Assembly (NCBI GenBank): GCA_036172245.1
Contig: JAYWIR010000118.1
Location: 1 to 64,000, forward strand
Direction: 5' to 3'
Length of the DNA stretch: 64,000 bases
Source: Raillietiella orientalis
Lineage: Eukaryota
The translations under genes and the position numbers were made by a program. The notes beneath the pieces were generated by a model. It made no database searches. It saw only the letters and a list, made by a program, of their open reading frames with translations, and was not told the origin of the DNA. Positions 37,752 to 48,499 of this stretch are shown here, piece after piece (the first letter of the stretch is position 1; each line of letters opens with the position of its first letter).

Positions 37752-38399
37752 CAAGCAACTCGCCTTTGCCATGTTCCGACGTTCCCGAAAGGGCTCAAAA
37801 CCGCAGCCCACAACTCTCACCCGTTCCCGGAAGGGCTCTACTTGCAAACGAAAAGAGTACGAATGCACAAAGTGCGCAAGCGTGCAGGAGAGAGCGCTAT
37901 TCAAGAAATGACGTGTGCAACGGGCAAGCTGCACACACCTCGAATTCCAAAGAAAACAAAAAGGGCTACTGCATGCTGCAGGGATTTCGAATAGCACTTT
38001 CTTTATGGAACTTCGCTGCGAGGCTGTTTGGGCCTCGTCTTGCCGCATTCTGTATTTCACGCCTTCGTTTCATGCCTTTTCCCTCACAGCACGGCTTCCG
38101 CGTGCGTGGAAAAGTCGGCGCAAATGCCCACCAAGCAAAAGTATGCGGGAAAAACGTGTCAGCAGGCAAGATGACGTTCTTGATGAGCCTTGAAAGAAAA
38201 GCAAAAACCTCAATTTGGAATTCGATTCCTGGATGCTGCCTGCCTCCTGAACGGGAAGGTAGAGTGCGTTTTTCTGCAGTTCTCGAATCGTGGGGGCTGC
38301 CCAAACTTACATGAACGGTTTGCTGATTTGCTGGAGTGGCGATGAAATCTCCAAGTGCGAGTCGCACTCTTCGGGGATAGAAAGGATGGGGTTTGAAAG

Positions 38400-38707
38400 T
38401 ATTGGGGCGGCGCGCCGGGGACGTCCATCTGCCCTTCGCTCTGCTCTTCCTGCAGACGGAACCAAGATGACGGAACGACGTGGGACACACTCGGGTGGAA
38501 CTTGCCGGAAGCCTGGGAAGCATGCAGAGGACGCCCTGCAGCGGACAGCGATCCCTTCCCACATCTTTGCTTTTTTTCTCGCTTTTTCTTTTGGTTTGCC
38601 CCTCCGCTGGCGAGGCGAACCTGGCCTGCCTGCGTGCCGCTCACTGACCAGCTTTCGGGCGTTTGCCAACGTTGTTTGTTCTTTTTTATAGTGAACGTCC
38701 GGGCGTG
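38400..38707 (+). mobile_element. Degraded element 3' end inserted antisense at a host ERAGGR motif
   Basis: ORF2-tail similarity, U-rich UTR and partial terminal hairpin GAACGTCCGGGCGTG. Confidence 0.6.
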
Positions 38708-40140
38708 CCGTCCACCAGCGCGCTCGTCCAGGAGATTGGCCTGCAATGCCGCGGGGGGACAACCAGCCGATGAGGAAACTTTCCATCAGCTGTCGCCTGC
38801 TTCGTGGGTGGACTGCCAAGCCGCACGGACGGCTCGCGTTCCGAGTGGACGTTTGGTTCGCTTTCGCTGACCAACTGCAAGCTCGACAGTGATCGGAATG
38901 CCGAAAGTGGACGCAGGCCATGATCGGGACGCAACTGGACTTCCGGATTGTGGGGCTTTGTGTCGAGTTATGGACGATTGCGTGCTGTGCTCCCGCGCTT
39001 TGCTCTTGCGGCGCTGCACCAGCAACGGACGATGTCCATGCGCAAGCAAAGGACAGCGTCCGTTGCTGCCGCACGCAAGCACTTTCCCCGCCGAGGGAGC
39101 TCGCCTCGCTTCCGGAAGCTCAGTCCTGCATACACTGACATCAAACAAAGTACAACGGGTGGTAGTAGGAACCGCGAGCGATCAATGAGGAGGAGTGGTA
39201 GCTCGTCGAACTTTGTTGCCATGGTGTGCGATGTTTGAGAACCAGGACAAGTGCACTCGCCCTTTGCCGCAACGCTGCCTGCCCCAAGGGCAAGCGTTGT
39301 TAGTCGCATACCAGCAAACTCAAACGTTTCCGGCAGTCTGCTAAGATGAAACTTCAGAAACCACGGTCTCTTGTCTTCTATCGCTTCCCATATCTCTTAG
39401 AAAGTCATCAGTGGTCCCTTCTCTCTCGTTCGGAAGTTTCGATGTTTCCCACTTGCGCGTCGGCATGTTTCCAATCCAACGTCCTTTCGCCCGTGAACTT
39501 TGTTTCTTTTCTTTTCCAGAATGATCCCTTCTTCGCGACCAAATGGTAAACTGCTGACCGTTCTCCAGGCTTTCGATAACTTTCGTATGTTGGGCCAAGC
39601 ACTGGTGGTTCTCCTTGAAGAGCACCAGGTCGACGGCTAGCAGGGAGGGAATGGTGTGTCGTCTCTTGCGGACGTCGCCAGGCCCGTCGACGTTTCATAT
39701 AGCAACGACAAGTTGATTGTAGGTGGCGAGTGTATGGGAAGGTGCTGGGAAGGTGATCCTGCGGCTGGCGCTTCGGGTCCGGGTGGCATGCACCTTCCCA
39801 ATTCGGCGGCAACGCCCTCCGCATTGATCGGCTCGGGCGATGAAGAGTGTCAAGCGAGCATTCCTGCCCAGCCATGGTCGCCGTAGCTTTCTTTCAATAG
39901 GGTTCCCATTCCCCGGAAGACACAATCCCCTAGGGACTGCAGAACTTCCGTCCAGAATTCCCAATTCGTGAGGACGCGGATGGAGAGCCTCCGCCCCACA
40001 GGTGGTAGTCCTAGGTCTGGTCTTTTCGCGTCCTTCAGTCCGACTACTGCACCATCCCACTACCGTGTGATCGATCTTTCTTCTCGAGTCAGAAGAAGGT
40101 CAAATGGAAAAGGTCAAGGGCGCGACCTCTCAGTATTGAT
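38708..40140 (-). mobile_element. Degraded LINE remnants (ORF1/APE junction and APE IDH region)
   Basis: ERAGGR at 38708-38725; SRRKIDHTVV near 40060-40090. Confidence 0.5.
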
Positions 40141-40252
40141 GGCCATATTTCGTATGTAGCTGGCATTTTCTAGCCAACGATTTCATTTTTTATTGCAACC
40201 CGGATGCGAAGCGTCCTCTGGTGGTTGTCAGGGAACACTCGGGATTCGTTTG

Positions 40253-41383
40253 CTCAGTTACGATATTCAAAGGAGAAAGCAAACACAGTCTGGACTGCAG
40301 GCGCGCCTTTCGCAAAGAAGGAAGAACCAGCAAGATATTGATGTGGGGTCTGGAAGCAGCGGCGGCTGCAGCCTGGACCTACCGTGAAGAGGTGTGTGGA
40401 GCCGGTGCGCGGCCGCCTTCGCCCTGGCAGTTGGTTGCGGGTGCCTTCCGACTGCATACCGCAGGGGTGCAGTCCACCTTCGGGTGTGCTCTTTCGCACC
40501 CCCCTTGGCGGTTTTTCTTGCTGCCCCTGTGCTGATGCCGTTTTATTTGCAGATCTGGAGCGCTGTCAAGCGAGCATGCGCAGCAGGGACTGCTAAGAAC
40601 GAGGGCAGCAGAAAGGAAGAGGCTGCCCGCCGTGCTCTGTCGGGGGGCAGAGGACGGCTGGAGTCGGGAGCGCATGCCTCTCGACCGGTCACGTGTGTCG
40701 GAGAAACGAGGGCGTGTTTCCAGTTACTGGCAGGGAGTGGCCACAGGTGGCGGTCGTTGCTGACTCTTTTCGCAGCGATCCGAAGTGCTCCATGAGCTAC
40801 TGATTGTTCTGTAAGGGAGAAGAAGATGCCCTTCGACGCGGCACCGAAGGCACAGCTGAATTTCTTCATGAATGGTCTCCTCGGTTACACTGCAGAATTT
40901 CTTCATCGATGGTTTCCTCAGTTACGATATTGAAAGCAGAAACCAAGCACACGCCGGACAGCAAGCGCGCCTTTCGCCTATCAGCAAGAAGAAACGGGCG
41001 CAATGAACGGACGGAAGATTTTGATGTGGGGTCTGGGCGCAGCGGCGGCTGCAGCCTGGATTTACCGGGAAGAGGTGAGTGGAGCCGGTGCGCGGCCGCC
41101 TTCGCCCTGGCAGTTGGTTGCGGGTGCCTTCCGACTGCCTAGCGCAGGGCAGCAGCCCACCTTCGGGTGTTCTCTTTCGCACCCCCCTTGGCGGCTTTTC
41201 TTGCTCCCCCTTCCCTGTAATGATGCCGTTTTATTTTCAGATCTGGAGCGCAGTCAAGAGAGCCTGCGCAGCACCGACTGATAAGAACGAGGGCAGCAGG
41301 AAGGAAGAGGCTGCCCGCCGTGCTCTGTCGGGGGGCAGAGGACGGCTGGAGTCGGGAGCGCATGCCTCTCGACCGGTCACGTG
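40253..41383 (+). repeat. Tandem duplication of about 450 bp (40253-40695 and 40917-41383)
   Basis: Direct near-identical blocks, e.g. CTCAGTTACGATATT ... CTCTCGACCGGTCACGTG in both copies. Confidence 0.9.
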
Positions 41384-41454
41384 AGTCTCCGACGCCACCG
41401 CTTTTTTCACAAAGTCTGTTCTTTTCCAGGAGACGAGGCCCGGTGAGGCGATAG
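41003..41454 (+). CDS. Putative small 3-exon host gene, 78 aa, with hydrophobic N-terminus (exons 41003-41074, 41241-41380, 41430-41454)
   Basis: GTGAGT donors, polypyrimidine-CAG acceptors, 166-bp and 49-bp introns, in-frame join, AATAAA at 41526. Confidence 0.45.
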
Positions 41455-41539
41455 GCGTGCTGCTATAGCCGCTGTCTGGGGACCCCCTGGGGCACCAAGG
41501 GGGAGGTGTCCCAGGGGAAGGTGTAAATAAAAAATTTCT

Positions 41540-42255
41540 CTTCCGAAAAGGTTGGTTCTTGTTTTTTCCGGGCAATTGGAAGGGGCGGCCGCCATTGCAC
41601 TGTGTTCGTTTCGAGCCCGTGCACTTGGTCGCCGCATTCGTGTGTTCGGAAACGACGCTCTTGGCCGACTGCCAAGTACCGGTCTCCCGAATCAAGTGTT
41701 TGATGAGGAACCGATGTTATCAGGAATGGAGTACGAGATTTTTTCATGAGACGTGCACCGGGAAATCCGGTTGAGAAACATCGGTGGCGGTCGAGCGTCC
41801 CTGGTCCTCATCGTCCAACAGACCAGCTGCTGCAGACTGCCAGACCGAACGCTCGGCCCTCGCCTCATACTCCGTGAGGTGCCAGTCATCCGGGAATGTG
41901 GAAAAAGGGGTGCGAGTCTGCAGAAGCGCTCTGCGGTTGGCCACACCTCCCCGGAAGCCGCGGCAGCAGGTGCAAGAAGAACGGGCAGCAAACTCGCAGA
42001 CCGCTCTTTTCGGATGGTCTCAGTTCGCAAGCTCATGAAGGACGAAGCCCCGGAGGTGCTGGCGAAGGCGTTTTGCGGCCACCCGAGGGCTTGATCTGTC
42101 GGCCTGCATCCTTCGGACTTGCAATCGAGATTCCTTGCCTTACGGAAGAAGCTCCCATTCCAGCCCTGTTTGGTCGGTGAACATGGACGGCACGCCATCC
42201 TTCCCATCCATTCGGGAAAGCCGCCGTTCGTCGAGCAACGCGTGGTCCATCTGTT
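41540..42255. mobile_element. Degraded + strand element 3' end (to about 41778) abutting an antisense type-A APE/RT linker remnant
   Basis: Hairpin CCGG-GAAAT-CCGG at 41758-41770; EYEARAERSVWQSAAAGLLDD on the - strand. Confidence 0.6.
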
Positions 42256-42907
42256 TGTTTTGATTTTGTGTTGTACACGTGGCTTCCCACACCCCTGCAA
42301 GTTGCCTGTTCATTGTTCATCTCAGGGTGGGCAGCAACGGACCAAGAGGTTTGGACGTTGTCCAGTGCACATTCCCGGTCTTCTTCACGCTTTCCGTCAG
42401 CGGCGTACAGCTGCATGTGCTGTTTCGTAGGCAGATGTGTTCTGTACTCGCTCGTGGCGTCGATTTTGTTGTACTCGAAAAGGAACTCTTGCAGACAGCT
42501 TGTTCCGTTTTCGGGGAAGGTGGACATGCAGCCATATCGTTGAATGAAGGAAACCCTTGGACGAAGTTGGCAGCCAAACGTCGGTCGCGATGACCGAAGT
42601 TGCAACCGCTTGTGTACTGGGCGAGCATTCGTACGGGAGTGTACCAAGGTGTCGCACAGCTTGGACGCAAGGGCAAGTTTTCGAAATTCGAACGTGGAAT
42701 CTGTAATGAAGGATGCAAGTGTGAAATTTTGGATTCCATTTCCACAATGAAGAGGAATCCTGAATGGCAATGCTGAAAAATGGTGAGCTGAAAAGGAGGA
42801 AATTTTTTTGGGGTGGATGTGCGATGGAGATGCTGATTTTAAAAGTAGGATGGTGATGAGTGACAGTAATTCTATAGCAGATGGGATACAGGCTGAAAAG
42901 CAGAATC

Positions 42908-45900
42908 ATGGACTCGGAAACGCCCCCACCCCCACTCCCCTCCTCTTCCCTACGGCTGCTCGGTCTGAAGGGGGGGACGCGGACGGACCGCAGGACATTC
43001 CTCCAGCGATCGTCCCGCTTCCCGATCCTACGAGCCAGGGAGGCCCGCCCGGCAAGGAAGATCGGTCGGTCTCCCTGGTTACGGCCAATGAGCTCGTGCG
43101 CCCGTCTTCCTCTCTATGAGGCATCCGAGGAAGGGGAAGGGAAGGATCGAAGCGCGCAGAGAGAAGGGGGGAGGGGGGATCCGCTTCCTCCCCGTGGTCC
43201 CGGAAGCACCCTGTCTCCTCTCCTCTCTGCGTTCCCTCCCTGTCCGCGGGACGGCGCTGCCTGGCGTTCGCCACAGTGCACGCGATGTGGAGGCGCGCGA
43301 ACCCGATCGATAAAGTCGCGCGCCTCTCCTGCGGTCTTGCGACGGCGCGCGTCACCATGGACGACCGGATGCTCATGCCTTCGCAGATCCTCCTCGGTGA
43401 CGTCGTCGTCTATCTCCGGTTTGCCGGGCAAACCCCCGCTTGCGGCAACTGCGGGAAGGAGGGCCACCGTCCGCGGAAGTGCCCAACACGCAGTTGCCGA
43501 TACTGTAAGCTGCTCGGCCACTCGATTAACGAGTGCGCCGAGCTGAAACGAAAGAGGAGGGCGAGAAACCCCCCCGCAACATCGCCGTCCGCGCCGACTC
43601 CATCCGCCCCGTCGTCGGGGAAGAAATCAGGCGCGAACGAGCATTCTCAGCGGAGAAGTGAAAAGTCCGCTTGCGCGGGCGATTCTCGGAGCAATGCTCC
43701 ACAAAAACCCGCGCGAAAGGACAAGAAGCTCCTCCAGGCTGCTTCAGTAAAGCCCCGAGCGACCCAGCCCGCCGATAACATCGGGCAGGCTGCAAAAATA
43801 CCACCGCCGCTTCCGTCCGCTCTCGCTCCGGAGCGAAATAGCGGTGGCACGCCCGGGAAGACCACCGGAGCGTCGAAAAAGGGGTCGCGCGCCCCTTTTC
43901 CCGCGACAGGCAAGCCGGCCACGGCGGGCCGAACGCCAGCAAAGGCTGAAAAGCCTCGCGCGACACCCGAGAATCCCGCCACTGTGCCCGCACCTCCCGG
44001 TAAGGAGGTGCAGAAGGCAGACGTGGCGAAGGAGACACTGGCCTCAGTCGCCGTATCCGAGGCCTTGGAAAGGATGCGAAGGACCCTGGAAGCCCTCGCG
44101 CCCAACCGGGGCAAACAGGAAGGCGGCGAGGATGGCTGGACCTTCGTCGGGGGAAAGAAGGAGCGCAAACCGCGCGATCCTTCCCACTTCCCGATCCAAA
44201 AGGTAGGCGGGGTGAAGAGGCAACCCCGCGCGCCCAGAAAGGCGCAAGGAAAAGTCTCTGCTGCCGCCGCGCGCGCCGCCTCAAACACCCGCGGCGAGAG
44301 GGGAGCTGCCGAAGCCGTGACCCCGAGAGGGGGATCGGCGACGAAGGCACCCTCTAAGAGTGCTGGACCAGCTCCGGGCTGCCAGCAAACAAAGAGGCAG
44401 GCGAAACGTCCGCCGCCGCGCGCGCGCAATTCGGACTCCGAGGTGGAGTCCGAGGGCAGCGCTAAGGCTCGCCAAGCCCCGGTCAAGGCCAGGGCTGCGC
44501 GCAAGCCAAAACTTGCCAGGCAAGAGCCTGATGTCGGGTACGGTTCCCGATGCTCCTCGGAGCCCGAGGCAATGGTCCTCGACTCCACCGAGCCGGCCGC
44601 GAGCGGCGCGGCGGGGACAGGAAGCGCTTGCGCTACCTCATCCGCCGTGCTCCCGGCTGATGCCTCGCCGGACGGGGCGAGGAACGCACCTCCATGTCCG
44701 TAGCAGCAATGCGCGGTCTCGCTTCTTCCCGTCGCGTCCGAGTGGCCTGTTGGAACGTCAACGGGCTGCAGGACAACGAGAAGAGGCGATTGCTTGCCAA
44801 CGTCTTGCGCGACTTCGATCTGGCCCTGCTGCAGGAGATTCACGCACTCTCCGAGCAGCAAGCGGCCGATCTGCAAGTTCGCGCAGGCGGGACGCTCCAT
44901 TGGAGGTCAGGCTCCCAGAATACCTGCGGAGTCGCATTCCTTGTCCGGGGCAGGGTGGCGGGAGCGGTGCGGAGCGTTTGTTTCGACGAGGAAGGTCGTG
45001 TAGGCCAACTTGTTCTCAAGTGGTCCGAATCGATCAACCTTGTCGTCACGAACGCGTACGCGCCGAGCGGATCCGCGCGTCACACCGAGAAACTGGAGTT
45101 TTTCGAGAGACTGCGCGACCGCTGGCTCAGCAACTCCGGCCCCGACGTGGCTCACCTCGTAGCCGGGGACTTCAACGTCCACGCGCTATCGGAGGAGTCT
45201 CACCGTCGCCGGGAGAAACGGCTGGTGAACGAGGTGTGCGCGTCGGTGCACGCCTCGAATTTGCTGGCCGACGATCCCGGAATGCGTGCTTTGCCGGACC
45301 ATGTGTTCCTCGACGATCACCTGCATTGCCGGGTGGGTCGAAGAGGTCCCGTGCCGTCCGAGCTTTCCGACCACTACAGGCTGGAGTTTGAGCTACTCCC
45401 GCCTGGCAAGGGCCCTCCGACGCACGTCTGGAGGTTGCCGGCCGACTGGTTGAGAAATCCGGTGGCTGCGGAGCACCTCCGCCAGCATCTCCGGAGCTTT
45501 GCCGTTCGAGATCTCGTGGACTGGGACGATCTGAAAAGATCGGTCCGCGAGTTCTGCAGCCGGTTCCCCTTGCGCCTGCTTCCCCGTGGCTTCGGGGAAG
45601 GCGTGGCCAACAGCAGAGAGTTTCTGCAGGCCCGCCAATTCTTCCGATGCCCGGACGTCCGGTACCTTGCGGAGTACAAGGCCAAGGCCGAGCGCCAGGT
45701 CTGGCAGTCAGGAGCAGCTTGTCTGCTCGACGACCATGGCCTGGAGTGCTCGGGCGCGGCCGAAGTTCGCCGCCTCCTAAAGCGCTATTACTCCTTGTTG
45801 TACGCTAGGGAGCCGACGGAACGCAGTCTCTCGGAGCTGCTTCTGCCGGCGGATTCCCCGGCGGTCGACGAGGAGGAACGCGCCACTCTTGACTTGCCCT

Positions 45901-48499
45901 TCACGGCGGAAGAAGTGTCTTCCGCCATAGCGGGCCTCAAGAAGCGCAAGGCGCCAGGTGAGGATGGTCTGCCTGCGGAGTTCTTCCAGTGCTTCGCGGC
46001 GGAACTCATCCCCCTGGTGCTGAGGCTTTCTGCGCTGATGCGAGAGACGGGCAATGTCCCGGCCTCGTTTCGCTCAGCAAGGGTGCGTCTGTTGCCGAAA
46101 GGCGGAGACATGCGCCATTTAAGCAACTGGCGTCCCATCACCTTGGTGAATGCGGACGTCAAGTTGTTCTCCAGGCTGTGGGTCGCGCGCCTGGGCAGGA
46201 TCGCTGGATCCGTGGTAAGTCCGGAACAGTCTTACGCTGTTCCCGGGCGGTCCATGGAGGCGAACCTGTTCTTCGCGCGCACGTGGCTCGAGCTGCAACG
46301 CTGCGTGGCGCACGACAGCCAGGCAACCGCGTCTGCGGCTGCCGAGGCTAGGCGTCGCTGCATTCGGCCTGGGGAAGCGCCGGGTGCCTTGGCGGTCGCG
46401 GTCGATCTCCGCAAGGCGTTCGATTGCGTACATCAGGATCTCCTGCTGGAGCTCCTGGAACGCCTCGGTCTCCCGGTGCACCTCGTGGCGTATTTGCGCG
46501 CTTGCTGGCGCCACGCGCTCATTTCCATCTCTTTTAGCGGCTGCCACGTGTACGGCGTGCCGGTGCGGCGGGGCATCAGGCAGGGCGACAGCTTAAGCCC
46601 GTTGCTCTTCAGCATCTTCTTTGAGTTGGTGCTGAGGGCGTACAGGCTGACGCTGGCCAACCTGCCGAGCTCTTGTCCAGGAACGCCGTCCGTGGCGGCC
46701 TATGCTGACGACCTGCTCCTCCTCTTACCCATTACCACCCCGGCATCCAGTCTCGAGGATTTCTTCGAACTGATTCGCCGGGGAGCGGGCATGAGCGTAA
46801 ACCGGAGCAAGAGCGTGGTCGTACCTATTGGTGCGGCGTGGGAGGGGCAGACCGACTGGATCCGCCTGGGGATCCCGACCGCTTCCTCCGTGCAATATCT
46901 GGGCGTTCCGCTGGGGAACATCAGCCCAATGGAAGTGTGGTCGGACTGCCTTCGGAAGGCTTCGAATGCCCTGAGCCCGTTCCACCATGGCAGGTTCGTC
47001 CTGCCGGAGCGGGCCACGATATGGAACACCTTCGTTGCCCCTCTCTTGCGCCCCCTGCTTTTTGTTTGCCCGCCCCCCTACTCGGCCAAGCTCCAGGCGC
47101 ACAGCCTGTTGAGGAACGCTCTGTGGGGACCTGCGAGGTCCAGGATCCGCCTCAAAGACTTGGCGGCTCCGCGTCGGGATGCTGGCTTAGGCATCCTGAC
47201 GCTGGAGAGAATCGAGCTGCAGGTGCAGCTTCGGATGTTGGCCCTGTGCGCCAACCTTTGGTCCACTTCGTGGTGCGCTCCCGCGCGCCTGCTTCTGCGG
47301 CGCTGCACAGGCAGCGATGGACTTCTGTCGCTGCGGCCGCACACGGAGCGCGCCACGAGAAGCTTCGGTTCCCCCTTGAAACCGCTGTATCGGCTCCTGG
47401 AAGCCCAGGGATGGATCTCCTGCCGCCCAACGAACTTTCAAGCCTGGCGGCAGGAACCGTTGCATGGCTGGGCAAAGCACCAGGATGTTTCCCTCCTGGA
47501 ACTCCGTTGCGCTCACCTCTCCCCGTACTGCACGGTGGATGAGGTGTGCAACAGCCAGGAGAAGTGGACCCGCCTGGCCGTCACCCCCTCGAAGACGCAC
47601 TGTCAGCCCTCAGGGCAAGAGATGACAGTTGCGAACCGGCGAGATGGGAGGTCGCCTGCACCATCGCAGGAACAACGCGACCTATTGGCGGCTGGAAGAC
47701 TTGCGAGCTGGCGGACGCCGCCACGCCTCGCCACGTTCCGACGGGACTCCTTCGGTGGAGCGAACACTTGAGTGTGCCCCTTGAAGAACTTGTGGTTCCT
47801 CCCTCGTGTCTGAACACTTCTGTGTTCCCCCTTTCGTGGAAGCAGGATGTGATTATGCTGGTGCATTGGGGTTTTCACTCCAACCAGCGCACGAACCTTG
47901 TTTCCGGGGAAGTCGTCTCCCCAAACTGTAAGCGGTGCGGGGAAGTGGAAACGCTCCCGCACCTGCTCCTGGACTGCGGTGCCCTTCTAGGACTCTGGCG
48001 GAGGCTGACCTCAGCTCTCCTGCACCAGGGGGACACCGCGAAGGAGTTGATGCGCCGCTTCTTCACGCCAGGCGGCCTGTCATTGGGTGCTGTCGTTGCA
48101 ACCGTGTGTTGCACCCGCGCCATCGACAAGGCCCACCGAGAGTTGGAGAAGCTGGCCATCCTTCCTCAACCCACCGGATTAGCCAGCGCAAACATGTCGT
48201 CGGCTGCCCAGTGGGCCCATCTGCCACAGGACGTAAGGAGAGAGATCGCCGGCATCCATCGCCGGTTTTGAAAGGAAGGAACGGATTTACCGAAGACCCC
48301 TGTCCCCTGCCCTCCATATTTTTCTTTTATTTTTTTATATAGTAGTGTGTTTGTGGTCCCTTCCCTCCCGTTCCGGACTTTCGGCATACCGACCTGCGTG
48401 TCGGGGATCCCACCCCCTTCGTCTCTTGTTTTCCCCTTTGTCCGGGAACCCTGTTCCCGGATAGTTTATAATAAACGCCCCGGCGCACCCGGGTGACAA
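42908..48499 (+). mobile_element. Retrotransposon D (type A-related): nearly complete but with deleted or rearranged 5' end
   Basis: ORF1 43276-44703 with knuckles, ORF2, and 3' hairpin ending GGGTG-ACAA at 48499. Confidence 0.92.
44694..48271 (+). pseudogene. ORF2 of D (APE-RT-ZnF), with one frameshift near 47585
   Basis: 1025-aa ORF with APE and RT motifs, plus a 241-aa ORF carrying CKRCG..HLLLDC. Confidence 0.92.

Noticed and set aside
41385..41480. RFFT-like peptide suggesting a type-A ORF2 tail
   Set aside because: Better explained as a 49-bp GT-AG intron and final exon of the small gene.
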